A stretch of DNA of 64,000 nt from an uncultured bacterium (GCA_965368975.1 CBDUPA010000011.1:64001-128000); one strand, 5' to 3'; shown: positions 9,831 to 21,193, counted from the first letter of the stretch. The notes: generated by a model from the letters alone, not told the origin. Numbers and translations: made by a program.

Positions 9831-10886
9831 TTGTCCGACCTCCTTCAGCGGCCCGACTTGTCTGATCGCCCCGACTTGCTCGAAGGGTTGCGCCAAAGTG
9901 CTCGTCAGCTCGGTGCCTCCGTCGTGCTGGCCGAGGGAGATGATCCGCGCGTCGTGCAAGCGGCGGCGGCAGCGCAGCGGTCTGGATTGTGCCGGCCGGT
10001 AGTCGTGGGGCAGCCTTCGGCGGTGGCTCGCGTGGCTGCGGAGGCCGGGGTCGCTGCCGACTTCCAGATCGCCGATCCGCACGCCGATCCGGGCTTGCCC
10101 GAACTGGTCGAGCGCCTGCGCTTGCGCCTGGAACCGCGCGGCGTCGCGATGGAAGAGATCGAGCGTCTGGTGTTGGACCCGCTCTACTACGCGGCCTTGC
10201 TGGTGGCCACCGGCCGCTGTGACGGTGCGGTCATGGGTGCTGTCGCCACCACGGCGGCCACGCTGCGCGCCGCCTTGCACACGATCGGCCCCAAGCCCGG
10301 TCTGAAGGTCGTCTCGTCGTGCTTCCTGATGGTGTTGCCGGACGTCGTCTCGCCGAATACGGCTTTACCGAATCCTGGGGGGGCAGGCCTGATCTACAGC
10401 GATTGCGCGGTGGTGCCGTCACCGTCACCGTCGCAGCTCGCCGACATCGCCGTGGCCGCGGCGGACAGCTGCCGCACCCTCCTGGGCGAGGAGCCGCGGG
10501 TCGCATTGCTGTCCTTCTCGACGCATGGCAGCGCGTCGCATCCCTCTGTCGACCGGGTGGTGGAGGCTCTGGAAGAGCTGCGCCGTCGCAAGCCCAACTT
10601 TGCCGTAGATGGCGAGTTACAAGCCGATGCGGCGCTGGTTGCCAGTGTCGCGAGCCGCAAGGCGCCGGATAGTGAAGTCGCAGGCCGGGCCAACGTGCTG
10701 GTCTTTCCCGATCTCAACTCCGGTAATATTGCCTACAAGCTGACCGAGCGGCTGGCCGGGGCACGAGCCATCGGCCCGTTGCTGCAAGGTCTCGCACGGC
10801 CGATTCACGACCTGTCCAGAGGTTGCTCGGTCGAAGATATCGAGGCTGTCATGGCTGTGACAGCGCTTCAGGGGAGATCGGTATGA
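9831..10886 (+). CDS. pta: Phosphate acetyltransferase
   Basis: [44 protein letters not shown] and DLSRGCS. Confidence 0.92.
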   Translation: MSDLLQRPDLSDRPDLLEGLRQSARQLGASVVLAEGDDPRVVQAAAAAQRSGLCRPVVVGQPSAVARVAAEAGVAADFQIADPHADPGLPELVERLRLRLEPRGVAMEEIERLVLDPLYYAALLVATGRCDGAVMGAVATTAATLRAALHTIGPKPGLKVVSSCFLMVLPDVVSPNTALPNPGGAGLIYSDCAVVPSPSPSQLADIAVAAADSCRTLLGEEPRVALLSFSTHGSASHPSVDRVVEALEELRRRKPNFAVDGELQADAALVASVASRKAPDSEVAGRANVLVFPDLNSGNIAYKLTERLAGARAIGPLLQGLARPIHDLSRGCSVEDIEAVMAVTALQGRSV

Positions 10887-12166
10887 AGGTCTTGGTGATC
10901 GGCGGCGGAGGCCGCGAGCACGCTCTGTGCTGGGCGCTGCGCCGCAGCCCGTTGTTGAAGGAACTCTACTGCGCGCCGGGTAATGTCGGAATCGCCGCCG
11001 TGGCCGACATCGTTCCGATCGCCCCGGAGGAGATCCAGCAGCTGGCCGACTTCGCGGCGGATCTGAAAATCGACCTCACGGTGGTTGGTCCCGAGCTACC
11101 GCTAGCGCTGGGCATCGTCGACGAATTCCGTCGCCGTGGCTTGAAGATCTTCGGGCCTCGCCAGCAAGCGGCGGAACTCGAGAGCAGCAAGGTCTTCGCC
11201 AAAGAATTCATGCAGCGGCACAGCATCCCGACTGCCGCGTTCCACGTCGCGCACGACCTCACGGAAGCCCGGGCGGCGATCGAGGACCTGGGGCTGCCGG
11301 TGGTACTGAAGGCTGAGGGGCTGGCGGCCGGCAAGGGGGTCATCATTGCGCGCAGCAAGGAGGACGCCGAAGCAGCCCTGGGCGTGTTGTTCGAGGAGCG
11401 TCGCTTCGGCGCTGCTTCCGACCGCGTGGTCGTGGAGGAGTTCTTGGAGGGAGAAGAAGCGTCTTTCATCGCGCTCAGCGACGGCAGCAACTTGCTACCG
11501 ATGGCGGCCAGCAAGGACTACAAGCGTGTCGGCGAGGGGGACACCGGTCCCAACACGGGCGGCATGGGGGCGCACAGCCCGTCCATGGTTCTCAACTCGG
11601 ACCAGGCGGCAGAGATCGTCGAAAAGGTGATGCGGCCGACCATCGACGGTCTGGCACAGGAAGGCCGCTCCTTTGTCGGTGTGCTGTATGCCGGGCTGAT
11701 GTTGACCGCCGAGGGGCCGCGGGTCCTCGAATTCAACGCGCGCTTCGGCGATCCAGAGTGTCAGGCGTTGCTGATGCGGCTCGAAGATGACCTACTCCAG
11801 GTGCTTGCCTCCGGCGCTGCCGGTGCCTTCCGTACCTCGCGTCTCACCTTCCGCAAAGAAGCCGCGGTGTGCCTGGTGCTGGCCAGCGAAGGGTATCCTG
11901 GCAAGCCGGTCAAGGGGCAGCCGATCGAAGGTCTGGACGAAGCTGCGGACATCGAAGGCGTGCAGGTGTTCCATGCCGGCACCGGCCGGGACGAGCAGGG
12001 GCGCATCATCGCCACCGGCGGACGCGTCGTCAATGTCTGTGCCACGGGCACGCAACTGGTCGATGCCCTCAAGCGAGCCTACGCGGCGAGCCAGGTCATC
12101 CGCTGGCCAGGCAGAGTCCTGCGTCGCGACATCGGGCGACGGGTCCTGGAATCCGGTTCCCGCTGA
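10883..12166 (+). CDS. purD: Phosphoribosylamine-glycine ligase
   Basis: [39 protein letters not shown] and GGRV. Confidence 0.97.
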   Translation: MKVLVIGGGGREHALCWALRRSPLLKELYCAPGNVGIAAVADIVPIAPEEIQQLADFAADLKIDLTVVGPELPLALGIVDEFRRRGLKIFGPRQQAAELESSKVFAKEFMQRHSIPTAAFHVAHDLTEARAAIEDLGLPVVLKAEGLAAGKGVIIARSKEDAEAALGVLFEERRFGAASDRVVVEEFLEGEEASFIALSDGSNLLPMAASKDYKRVGEGDTGPNTGGMGAHSPSMVLNSDQAAEIVEKVMRPTIDGLAQEGRSFVGVLYAGLMLTAEGPRVLEFNARFGDPECQALLMRLEDDLLQVLASGAAGAFRTSRLTFRKEAAVCLVLASEGYPGKPVKGQPIEGLDEAADIEGVQVFHAGTGRDEQGRIIATGGRVVNVCATGTQLVDALKRAYAASQVIRWPGRVLRRDIGRRVLESGSR

Positions 12167-12501
12167 CTCTGCTACTCAAAGTGCAGGATGCCGCCGCGAC
12201 CAGGCCGGGACAAGGGTCGCACGGTGGCGAGAGTCCGACCGCGTCTCTCGAGGACTCGAGCCGCGCTGCGGCAGAGATCGAGCCGCATTGCGGCAGAAGC
12301 CCGGTTGACCTCTCACTACCGTAGTGCCATAATCCAGATACGATTCCTATGAGGACCACCCTCGAATGTACATAGATTGGGAACGCGCCGCGCCGGGTAC
12401 CCGGACGGAGCTATCTTGAGTGACGCCGGACGCTACCACCAGATTCATCGAGCCGGGAAGGCCGAAGTATGACCGGATGTGGAGGTTGCCAGTTCAAAGG
12501 C

Positions 12502-13224
12502 ATGTCCACGGCAGTGGAAGATACCTACGTCGGCGTGCGCTTTCGGGAAGAGACCAATCTCACTCTGTGCCGCACCGGAGGGGAGATCTTCGCGCGCGGT
12601 GAGCGCGTGGTGGTCGATACCGGTGAAGGCGTGGCCTACGGTCGTGTCGAGCAGAGCCCGATGCCGGTGTTCAAGCCTTGTCAGAAGTCGAGCGCACAGA
12701 AAGTCGTGCGACGTGCTGGCGATCAGGACCACGAAGCCCACGAGCGGCAGCTGAGCAACGAGTCGACCGCCAAGCTGTACTGCCAGCAACGCTCGCGCGA
12801 GCTGGGCTTGGAGATGAAGGTTTCCCGGGTCGACTTCTCGCTCAATGCCCGCAAGGCGGTCTTCTACTACACTGCCAATGGCCGCGTTGACTTCCGGCAG
12901 CTGGTGCGCGACTTGTCGAGGCGATTCTCGGCTCGGGTCCGTATGGTCCAGGTAGGGGCTCGCGACGAAGCCGGGTTGCTCGGCGGCATCGGAATCTGCG
13001 GCCGAACACTCTGCTGTTCGACTTGGTTGAAGGACTTCAGGCCGATTTCCATCCAGATGGCCAAACGTCAGAACCTGAGCCTGAACCCGTCGAAAATATC
13101 GGGTCAATGCGGCCGCCTACTGTGCTGCCTGGCCTATGAAGATGACAACTACAAGCGCTCCGGCCGCCGCTCCCGAGGGAGCCGCAAGCCTAGCCAAGCT
13201 GAGCGATCCGGCGCCGAGGCCTGA
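12502..13224 (+). CDS. PSP1-domain Fe-S regulatory protein (RicT/YaaT-like)
   Basis: RVDFRQLVRDL, GICGRTLCC and ISGQCGRLLCCL. Confidence 0.92.
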   Translation: MSTAVEDTYVGVRFREETNLTLCRTGGEIFARGERVVVDTGEGVAYGRVEQSPMPVFKPCQKSSAQKVVRRAGDQDHEAHERQLSNESTAKLYCQQRSRELGLEMKVSRVDFSLNARKAVFYYTANGRVDFRQLVRDLSRRFSARVRMVQVGARDEAGLLGGIGICGRTLCCSTWLKDFRPISIQMAKRQNLSLNPSKISGQCGRLLCCLAYEDDNYKRSGRRSRGSRKPSQAERSGAEA

Positions 13225-13251
13225 ACCGGGCTACTCGCGCCGCAAGAAGAC

Positions 13252-13578
13252 ATGAGCAATCGAAAACTGATCCGACCAGACGTCAACGACTTGAAGAAGG
13301 AATCCGGTCGAGGTGTGCGGCGCAAGCAGGCACCTCCCGAGCAGACCAACGCGGAAGAGTACTACTACCTCAAGCAGATGGCGGCGCGGACGTCCATGGT
13401 GGTCGTCCTTACCGATGGTGAAGAACTGCGCGGCTGGATCGAGTGGTACGACAAGGGGGCGATCAAGCTGAACCGCAACAACGCCCCGAACTTGCTGATT
13501 CCCAAGCACAACATCCGCTACATGTTCAAGGAAGAGGAGCTGAAGCGGAGAGGGAAGCGCGGGGTTGGCGCCGCCTGA
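13252..13578 (+). CDS. Hfq-like Sm-fold RNA chaperone with basic N-terminal extension
   Basis: [17 protein letters not shown] (Sm1-like) and LIPKHNI (Sm2-like, cf. YKHAI). Confidence 0.75.
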   Translation: MSNRKLIRPDVNDLKKESGRGVRRKQAPPEQTNAEEYYYLKQMAARTSMVVVLTDGEELRGWIEWYDKGAIKLNRNNAPNLLIPKHNIRYMFKEEELKRRGKRGVGAA

Positions 13579-14680
13579 AGCTTCGTCGGTCCCCGTACTC
13601 GCCCTGACCCAAGGAGATCCGGCCGGAATCGGTCCGGAGATCCTGCTTCGGTTGCTGGTCGATACCCCTGCGCAAGCAGAGTCGGCTTCCTGGCCCTGGC
13701 AGCCTGTACTGGTGGCGGAGCGTGCGGCCCTGGAGGCCGTACGCGATTCCTTGCCGGAAGGTCGGCCGGAAACACTGTCGTCGGATGGCCTGCCGCAAGA
13801 TTTCTGGGGCCGCCTGCGTTACCTGACGTCGCTTCCGGAGGGCCCGCTGGATCCGCAGGACGACAGTGTTGAGACCGTGCTGGCCGAAGCGCGTCGACAA
13901 GGGCACATCCTGGTGCTCGATCCCGTCGCCAGCCGGCGGCAGGTGGTGCTCGGCACGTCTTCGGCCGCGGATGCCGCCGGTGCCCTGGCCGCCCTCGACG
14001 CCGCGGTCGATCTGGTGCGCCGCGGCTGGGCACAGGCCTTGGTGACGGCACCGGTGAGCAAGGAGTCGATCGCTCGGCAGCACCTGCCGGACTTTCGCGG
14101 CCACACGGAGTACCTGGCCGCTGGCTGCGGCCTGGAGCGCTATGGCCGGGACTACCTGATGGCCTTCTTGGCTCCAGGCCTGCGGGTCGCCCTGCTCAGT
14201 ACACACTTGCCGCTACGTCAGGCGTTGGACCACGTGCGGCAGGAGACGGTGGTGGAGGCGCTGACGTGCCTAGGGCGTCACGTCAGCGGTCGTATCGCGC
14301 TCGCCGGTCTCAATCCGCATGCGGGTGAGAGCGGACTCTTGGGCCGCGAGGACGACACCGAATTGGTGCCGGCGGTGGCCGCGGCGCGCGCCGCCGGGCT
14401 GAATGTCTCCGGTCCCTGGAGCGCGGATTCACTGTTCGCCCGGGCGCGCCAGGGCGACTTCGACTGGGTCCTGGCGCTTTACCACGACCAGGGCCTGATC
14501 GCGGTCAAGACGGCGGCCTTCGGCCAGGCGACCAACTGGACGCTCGGCTTGCCCTACCTGCGCACCTCGGTCGACCACGGCACTGCCTTCGAAATCGCTG
14601 GTCGCGGTCTCGCCGACGCGCGGCCGCTGCGCGCCGTTGTCGAGACTACGCTGGCTCTGCTCGGTGGTCGTCAGCCCTAG
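13565..14680 (+). CDS. pdxA: 4-hydroxythreonine-4-phosphate dehydrogenase
   Basis: [31 protein letters not shown] and RTSVDHGTA. Confidence 0.95.
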   Translation: MAPPEASSVPVLALTQGDPAGIGPEILLRLLVDTPAQAESASWPWQPVLVAERAALEAVRDSLPEGRPETLSSDGLPQDFWGRLRYLTSLPEGPLDPQDDSVETVLAEARRQGHILVLDPVASRRQVVLGTSSAADAAGALAALDAAVDLVRRGWAQALVTAPVSKESIARQHLPDFRGHTEYLAAGCGLERYGRDYLMAFLAPGLRVALLSTHLPLRQALDHVRQETVVEALTCLGRHVSGRIALAGLNPHAGESGLLGREDDTELVPAVAAARAAGLNVSGPWSADSLFARARQGDFDWVLALYHDQGLIAVKTAAFGQATNWTLGLPYLRTSVDHGTAFEIAGRGLADARPLRAVVETTLALLGGRQP

Positions 14681-14718
14681 AAGGGCACCGACGCAAGGCG
14701 TCCATGCAGGGCACCAGC

Positions 14719-16623
14719 CTACGGGAGCGCAGCCAGCTGCCGCGCCACCTGCTCGGGGCTGAGTGCTCGCGGTGGTGTCGAGCCGAGCCAGCGACCGTCG
14801 GCGGTACGGGTCTCGACCCACCAGTAGATCGGTGCCGCGTACAGCATGTGCATCGCGCGCAAGAAGTCCGCAGGAAGCGGCGGCTCCGGCTGGCTTACCG
14901 GATCCCGCTGCGCCGGCAGGGCGCGGCAGCGCACATTACCGGCGGCAATCACCACCAACAAGCGCCGCTGAGCCTCGGCATCGGGGGCTGGCTGTCCAGG
15001 GGGCGACAGTCCAGGTAGCGGCGGGCCGACCGAGAGGGAGAGTGGCGGTAACCGCTCTAGGCCCGCCTTGGTCCAGCGCAGCACACCTAGGTCAGTGCTC
15101 CGCAGCGCTCGCGCACTGTCGAGGTCGCCGGCACACGGCGCTGCCTCCGGAGCCGGCAGCGGGTAGATGAGGTGCTCGGCGGCGACGAACGGTGGCCGCA
15201 GAGCGTCGTGCAGACCCCAGTGGAAGACCTTGGCTACCGGTGCACCTCCGGCGCTGGAGAGCCACTGGGGGTAGTTGAAGAGGAAGAGCGGTGCCTGCGG
15301 GGCGTCGCCCGTACCGTGTCCGGCCAAGCGCACCACATCACTCTGCAGCTGTCGCGCCAGCCTGCCGGCTTCGAGGTAGCGCCCCAGGTCGCGACCCAGG
15401 ATCGGTAACCAGCACACCAGGAGCAGTGCTACCGTGGTCGCCACCCACCAGCGGGCTCGCACTTGGCTGACATCCCTACGGTTTCCGCGTGTCGGCAATT
15501 GTCGCGCCACGAGGTCTGCCAGGCTGCAGACCGCCAGCGCCAGCCCCATGACGGCAACGTACCAGTAGCGGCCGTTCCCCGGTACCACGGGCACGAAGGA
15601 GAAGGGAGCCTGGGCGATGACGATCCACAGTAGCCCGAGCGTCAGTGCGGCTGCTCCTCTTCGCTGCGCTACCCCGTTCGATCTCCAAGCGACGACGATC
15701 AGGGCGAACAGCGCAAGGAGGACAGCAGCCGTGATGGCAGGGACTGTGGTAGTCGCTGTGCCGGCGGCCTGCTCATACGACGGGTAGACCAGGCGTTGGA
15801 ATGAGGTGGACAGATCGCCCAGCCAGGGCCAGGGCCAGCGCAGTCGCTCGCTCATGTGCGCGTAGCCGCCGAGAGTGACGCCAAAAATCTTTCGGCGTAG
15901 CAGAAAGTACGCTCCTAGCAAGCTGAAGGTCGCGATATGGAGGTGCACCCAGACTCGCGGGCGCAAGGAGGTCACACCGCTCCAACGCTGCAACATGTCG
16001 CGAACCAGCAGGAGTGCGGGCAATACCGCGACGCCTTCGTAGCAGCCCAGCGCCAGCCCGTACGCAACCACCGTCCACCCGGACTTGCCGCGTTCGTAGG
16101 CGAGCAGCGCGAGCAGCGCGAACGTCGCCGCAAACAGGGTCGCGAAGCTGGCGATGAAGGTCACGGTGTTGGGGTGCAGCGGGTAGAGCGCAAAGAGCAG
16201 CGCCGCACTGCCGGCGAGCTGCGTCGATGTCGAGTCCTGGTCCTGCGAGTCCCTGTCTTGCACGGGGCTCAGGGGGCCGATCCGTAGCCAGTGGAAGAAG
16301 AGCAAGGTGTTGACGACGTGCACCAGCAGGTGGACCAGGTTGTAGGGCAGAGACTGGGCGCCGAAGAGCCAGGCTTCCAGACCGAGTAGCAGCGTCGCCA
16401 CCGGGCGGTAGAACTGCACCAGCTCGATGCCCAGCCAAGGACCGCTGAACGAATCCGCGACCCATGCCGGACCGTCGGCAGACAGCAGGCGGCCGAGAAT
16501 GAGAAAGTCCTCGCCCGTGAAGTAGCGCCCCAAGGTCCAGCCGTAGGCCAGCACGATGCTGAGCGTCAGCAAGGATGGCCACAACCACGATGAGACGCGT
16601 GAACGATCGGCAGGCATCCCCAT
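14719..16623 (-). CDS. Polytopic membrane protein, GT-C/PMT-like glycosyltransferase fold
   Basis: TM1 followed by an ED motif (FTGEDF), FYRP, LFALYPLH and about 10 TM segments; start uncertain (ORF is open to 16704). Confidence 0.6.
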   Translation of the reverse strand: MGMPADRSRVSSWLWPSLLTLSIVLAYGWTLGRYFTGEDFLILGRLLSADGPAWVADSFSGPWLGIELVQFYRPVATLLLGLEAWLFGAQSLPYNLVHLLVHVVNTLLFFHWLRIGPLSPVQDRDSQDQDSTSTQLAGSAALLFALYPLHPNTVTFIASFATLFAATFALLALLAYERGKSGWTVVAYGLALGCYEGVAVLPALLLVRDMLQRWSGVTSLRPRVWVHLHIATFSLLGAYFLLRRKIFGVTLGGYAHMSERLRWPWPWLGDLSTSFQRLVYPSYEQAAGTATTTVPAITAAVLLALFALIVVAWRSNGVAQRRGAAALTLGLLWIVIAQAPFSFVPVVPGNGRYWYVAVMGLALAVCSLADLVARQLPTRGNRRDVSQVRARWWVATTVALLLVCWLPILGRDLGRYLEAGRLARQLQSDVVRLAGHGTGDAPQAPLFLFNYPQWLSSAGGAPVAKVFHWGLHDALRPPFVAAEHLIYPLPAPEAAPCAGDLDSARALRSTDLGVLRWTKAGLERLPPLSLSVGPPLPGLSPPGQPAPDAEAQRRLLVVIAAGNVRCRALPAQRDPVSQPEPPLPADFLRAMHMLYAAPIYWWVETRTADGRWLGSTPPRALSPEQVARQLAALP

Positions 16624-16803
16624 GGCGCCGAGTCTGACACAGCTGGCCGGTGTGCCGGCTAGGCTGCCGGTCAACCGCCCGTACGACTCCACGGTGGGCA
16701 CCACCCAAAGAGGTGGCAGCAGACTGTCCTCAGACGCGGCGACAGACCAGCGGCAGGTGGCTATATTCGAACCAGACCTACTGTACCGAGCTGGAGGAAA
16801 CCG

Positions 16804-17325
16804 ATGAAGCTCTCAGCCATCCTTCGTATCCGCCCCATTGTCCACGCCACGCTGTGTGCCCAGGTTCTGCTCCTGGCACTGGCGGTTTCCATGGCCGTTG
16901 CCGCGTGGGCGTCGGATGTGGCATCTGCCAGCGACGAGCCCACCCAGGGCTTGAGCGAAGTGCAAGCCCTGAGCGAGCAGGAAGAGCTGGCGTTGAGCTT
17001 GGAAGGGAAGGCTACCTACCAACGGTACTGTCGCAACTGTCATGGCGAAGAAGCTCACGGCGACGGCCCTGTTGCCGAGTACCTGCGCGTACCCCCGTCC
17101 GACCTGACGGGCCTCAGCCAGCAGAACGACGGTCAATTTCCGTTCGATGCCGTCGAGCGCGCGATCGATGGTCGCGACGCGATCCGGACGCATGGAATGC
17201 AAGAGATGCCGATCTGGGGCGATGCTCTGCGTGCCGTTGACGCAGGTCCCGAGGAAGAAGCCCGCGTGCGCCAAAAGATCCGTGAGGTCGTGTACTTCCT
17301 GAAGTCTCTGCAGCAAGAGGACTGA
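16804..17325 (+). CDS. Periplasmic monoheme c-type cytochrome
   Basis: GGAGG RBS, signal peptide, CRNCHG heme motif and MPIWG axial Met. Confidence 0.9.
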   Translation: MKLSAILRIRPIVHATLCAQVLLLALAVSMAVAAWASDVASASDEPTQGLSEVQALSEQEELALSLEGKATYQRYCRNCHGEEAHGDGPVAEYLRVPPSDLTGLSQQNDGQFPFDAVERAIDGRDAIRTHGMQEMPIWGDALRAVDAGPEEEARVRQKIREVVYFLKSLQQED

Positions 17326-17596
17326 GGCCGGCCAGCCCCGGCCTTGCGCGGCGCTTCCTTTCTGATGCCTGTCAGACAGTTGGTGAGTCCTTCAGGCATG
17401 CCTTAGTTCGCTCTTGCAGCGAAGTGAGGGTAGGCGATCAAAAAATTTCCCGCAAGTCGATTTTGCCGATTTCAGTATGAATAAGTCTGAAGTCGGTATT
17501 TCTGTGCATGCAGATGGTTTTCAATGAGATATCATTTTTGCCCCATTAGGCAACTTCTTTCCTTTGCGCAAACTGCTGAAAACAAAAGACTTAGAC

Positions 17597-17625
17597 TTGC
17601 AAAAAGCGTCGGAAGCCGTTACATT
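17597..17625 (+). promoter_or_regulatory. Sigma70-like promoter for a leaderless XRE gene
   Basis: TTGCAA-17-TACATT with ATG 7 nt downstream at 17633. Confidence 0.55.
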
Positions 17626-17632
17626 TCGCGGC

Positions 17633-18106
17633 ATGGTTCCAGTAGATTATTTGGGTAGAGCTTTGGCGTGCCTGCGCGAGAAACAGCACAAGACGCAGGA
17701 GCAAGTCGCAACCACCGCGGGTGTGACCGCTTCGATGATCTCCAACTATGAGCGGGGCAAGGAGAAGCCCTCCCTCGACTCTCTGTGGAAGATCCTCACG
17801 GCGCTCAACTGCACGCTCATCGACCTCGAAGCCGCACTGCGGTTCGTCCAGGGCGACCACTTCCCGGTTCACTGTGAGAACTGGCGCATCATCCTGGCGA
17901 GCGACGAGTACGAGACCGGTGTCACGGAGCCGCAGAGCATCGCCGATGCAGAGGCCAGCCTCGAGAAGATCCTCGGCTCGGGCCCCATCGGTGCCGACAT
18001 CGAGCGCGGCCTGGGATCGATCCTGCGGGGTATCATGCAGCTGTTTCCACTCAGTCTCGGCAAGACTCTGCCTGACTCCAAGGCCAAAGAGTCCAAAACG
18101 AAGTAG
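17633..18106 (+). CDS. XRE-family HTH transcriptional regulator (paralog 1)
   Basis: LREKQHKTQEQVA...SMISNYERGKEKPSLDSL. Confidence 0.9.
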   Translation: MVPVDYLGRALACLREKQHKTQEQVATTAGVTASMISNYERGKEKPSLDSLWKILTALNCTLIDLEAALRFVQGDHFPVHCENWRIILASDEYETGVTEPQSIADAEASLEKILGSGPIGADIERGLGSILRGIMQLFPLSLGKTLPDSKAKESKTK

Positions 18107-18234
18107 CGCTTCGTCTGCTCTGAACCTGTCGCCGCCCGCGACTGTTTGCGACGCCGTGGAAGGTGGCATGCTCGCGCTTCTTCTGCCCTGGGCACACATC
18201 CGAATCTCGTCGATCTGAGGGTTCGCTGAGTATC

Positions 18235-18699
18235 ATGACTGAACACGAGCACGGCACGGAATCGAGCACCTCGCGGCCGCCAGCCTTCGAGGGCCTCGGC
18301 AAGGCGCTACGGTGGTTGCGTGAAAAGCAACACAAGAAGCAGTACGAGATCGCCGAGTCGGCGGGCATCACCAAGGCAATGCTGAGTGCCTACGAGACCG
18401 GCAAGCAGAAGCCAACGCTCGACACGCTGGAGAAGATCCTGGCGGCCCTGGAGGTCGACCTCGGAGATCTCTTCGATACCTTGCAGGTGGTCAACGAGCG
18501 TCCAGAGCAGATGCGCTACCGTCGTGCAGTCGTCGACGAGCGGACCGACGACTACTTTGGAGACGATTTCATCGACATCGATGCGCGCCGCATCCTCGGT
18601 GAACCGGGGCTCGATCCGCGGGAAGAAGCCGCGCTCAGCGAGATGATCCGAGGCTACTATCGCTGGTTGCGCTTCCTGCGCCGCCGCATGCGAACCTGA
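18235..18699 (+). CDS. XRE-family HTH transcriptional regulator (paralog 2)
   Basis: LREKQHKKQYEIA...AMLSAYETGKQKPTLDTL. Confidence 0.9.
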   Translation: MTEHEHGTESSTSRPPAFEGLGKALRWLREKQHKKQYEIAESAGITKAMLSAYETGKQKPTLDTLEKILAALEVDLGDLFDTLQVVNERPEQMRYRRAVVDERTDDYFGDDFIDIDARRILGEPGLDPREEAALSEMIRGYYRWLRFLRRRMRT

Positions 18700-18931
18700 C
18701 GGCAGCCCTGGGCGAGCACGGACGATTCGACGGGAAGAAACATCCCGTCGTTCGTGTTTTAGGTGACCAGACGCTTCCTCGAACCAGCGTACCTGGAGAT
18801 CACCAGCTGTCGAGAGACCCAGGCTCGACCCGCCGTGGTCATCTCTGGAGCGCTCCCAAGCCGAGGTGAGGAGTAGCCTCATCACGACCGCGTGCTCAGG
18901 CTCGCCTCAACCTCCGGCGTGATGAGAACTG

Positions 18932-21193
18932 ATGGAGTTGAAGATGAAGATCCACAGGCCAATCCGTGATCTGCTGTCGTTGGCTTCGGCGGCGGTACTG
19001 TTAGCGAGTATTCTTGCAACTACCGATGTGGCCGAGGCTAGCACCAACGACGCCTACCTGCGTTGTGAGCCGGAGCCGGCCATCCAGGCACTGCTGGAAC
19101 GATCGGAGGCGCTGCAAGAGAATTGCGTGATCGGCGGCCGGGAACTGTGCTGGCGCAAGGCAGAAGAGATGCTCCGTCCAGCGCTCGAGGCTCTGCCCAG
19201 GGACTACTTCCTGCAGCGTCACTACCAGAGCCTGTTCAACCTTCCGTTCGGCATGCCGCTGGAGGCCTATGCGCGGCTGCCCGAGCTCGAGAAGCGCTAC
19301 GCTGACCTGGCCGAGCAGCGTCCGGACGATGCAGTGTTCCTCGACCTCTACGCCCACATATTGCCGTTGGAGGACCCTCACCGCGAGCAGCTCTTGCGTC
19401 GAGCCGCCGGGCTGGCACCGGGTTCGCCGTGGGCGCAGCGGGCGCTCGTGGAACTGGCGCTGCGGGTCGACGAGAGTGAAGAGCCGGACCTCGATATGGT
19501 GCGGACGGCGCTGCGGCGGTTCCTGGACCTGTGTCCGGCACGGCTGGATGTTGTGGGTCACCTCTATCGCAAGCTACCGGAGGTCGACTTCTGGAGCAGA
19601 CCGATCGAGGCGGCAAGCGGGATCTTCAGCGCCGAGCCGGCGCGTCACTGGCAGCGCCTCGACTCGCTGTGGCACTTGCAGTTCAAGGTTACCGGAGCGG
19701 CCCAGCATCCGGCGCTGCGCGAACGCATCCGCGGCGACGTTGAACAGCTCGAAGCCCTCGAACTGCAAAACGATGACCGTTGGTGGCACGTGCTACAGGT
19801 CGGATACGAACTCGCCGGAGATACCGAACGATCCGCAGACATCGAAGCCACCCTCGCCGAGCGCGAACCCTGTGGTAAGCCTCTGATGGAAGCCATTATC
19901 GGGCGAGGTCGTGAGCAGATGCTGGCTCGGCAGCAGGAAGATTTCGACGAGGACGCTCAGTTGCGCGCCGACCGCGAGTACTTCGGCGACTGGCTGGAAC
20001 GTTGTCCGAGCAGCCCGATCGTGCTCCGCGAGTACCTGGCCCCACTGAGTCAGCTGGAGGACGTAGAGCCAGTGTTGCTGGTGGAGTTGGGCGAGCGGCT
20101 GCTAGAACTGAGTGCCCACCAGTCCACTCTGGTGGAACTGACGGTTGCCGCCATGTGGCAGCGCAAAGGTGTGCAGCAAGAACGACTGCCGGCGCTTCTG
20201 CGCACGAGCGAGAGCAAGTTGCAGCGCACCGAGGAGTTGCTCGCCGAGCTCGACTTGGAGCGCATTCCCGAGTACCAGCGCGAACGCCTGCTGACACAGC
20301 AAGAGCGCATCGGCTGGCACGCGCGCAGCTCACTGGCGCGCCAGTGGGCACAGCTCGGCAACTTCGCGCGGAGCCATGAACTGCTGCAGCAGCTACAGCG
20401 TCGCCTCAAGGTCGAACAGGCGGCAGCGGCGGCGCAGACCGAGGCCGAGCCGGAGTCATCGCCCGCCCTCGATCTCACCTACTATGAGCAGATGGTCTGG
20501 ACCACCTTCGCCGATGTCGCAGAGCTCGAAGAGCGCTTCGTCGATGCTGCTGTCTACCTGCGGCGAGTCCACGCCATACGGCCACAGGCCGAAGTGGCGG
20601 AGCGGGCCCAGGAGTTGTGGATACAGGGTGGCGGCAGCGAGCCAGCGTGGACCGCACTGGACAAGCTCGGCGATCTCGCCGCACCCGAGAGCGATCCACT
20701 AGCCGAGCTGGCAGAACTGACGGAGTGGACCCCGCAGGAGAAGCCCTTGCCCGCATTCGAACTCACCGATGTGAGCGGCCACAAGTGGACCCTGAGCGAA
20801 CTGCAGGGCAAGACTATCTTCGTCAACTTCTGGGCAACCTGGTGTTTTCCCTGTGTGCAGGAGCTTCCCCTCGTCCAGGAGCTGAACGAGCAGCTGGCAG
20901 AGCGGGATGACGTGGTGCTCGTCACCCTCAATGTCGACGACAACGCGGGCTTGGTGGCACCGTTCCTGGAGAAGAACGAGTACGACTTCCCGGTGCTTCT
21001 CGGCGTTTCGTACTTCGACCAGATCGGAGGTGGCAGCATTCCGCGCAACTGGGTCATCGACGGCCAGGGGACGCTGCGCGCCGAGTCGGTGGGCTACTCC
21101 TCGAGGATCACCCAGGAACAATGGTTGGATGCCGTGCATCAACAGCTACAAGCAGCCAGTGCTGAAGACGCTGCTGGTGCTGGCGACGATTGA
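18932..21193 (+). CDS. Exported helical (TPR-like) protein with C-terminal TlpA/ResA thioredoxin domain
   Basis: Signal peptide; FELTD...GKTIFVNFWATWCFPC. Confidence 0.85.
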   Translation: MELKMKIHRPIRDLLSLASAAVLLASILATTDVAEASTNDAYLRCEPEPAIQALLERSEALQENCVIGGRELCWRKAEEMLRPALEALPRDYFLQRHYQSLFNLPFGMPLEAYARLPELEKRYADLAEQRPDDAVFLDLYAHILPLEDPHREQLLRRAAGLAPGSPWAQRALVELALRVDESEEPDLDMVRTALRRFLDLCPARLDVVGHLYRKLPEVDFWSRPIEAASGIFSAEPARHWQRLDSLWHLQFKVTGAAQHPALRERIRGDVEQLEALELQNDDRWWHVLQVGYELAGDTERSADIEATLAEREPCGKPLMEAIIGRGREQMLARQQEDFDEDAQLRADREYFGDWLERCPSSPIVLREYLAPLSQLEDVEPVLLVELGERLLELSAHQSTLVELTVAAMWQRKGVQQERLPALLRTSESKLQRTEELLAELDLERIPEYQRERLLTQQERIGWHARSSLARQWAQLGNFARSHELLQQLQRRLKVEQAAAAAQTEAEPESSPALDLTYYEQMVWTTFADVAELEERFVDAAVYLRRVHAIRPQAEVAERAQELWIQGGGSEPAWTALDKLGDLAAPESDPLAELAELTEWTPQEKPLPAFELTDVSGHKWTLSELQGKTIFVNFWATWCFPCVQELPLVQELNEQLAERDDVVLVTLNVDDNAGLVAPFLEKNEYDFPVLLGVSYFDQIGGGSIPRNWVIDGQGTLRAESVGYSSRITQEQWLDAVHQQLQAASAEDAAGAGDD

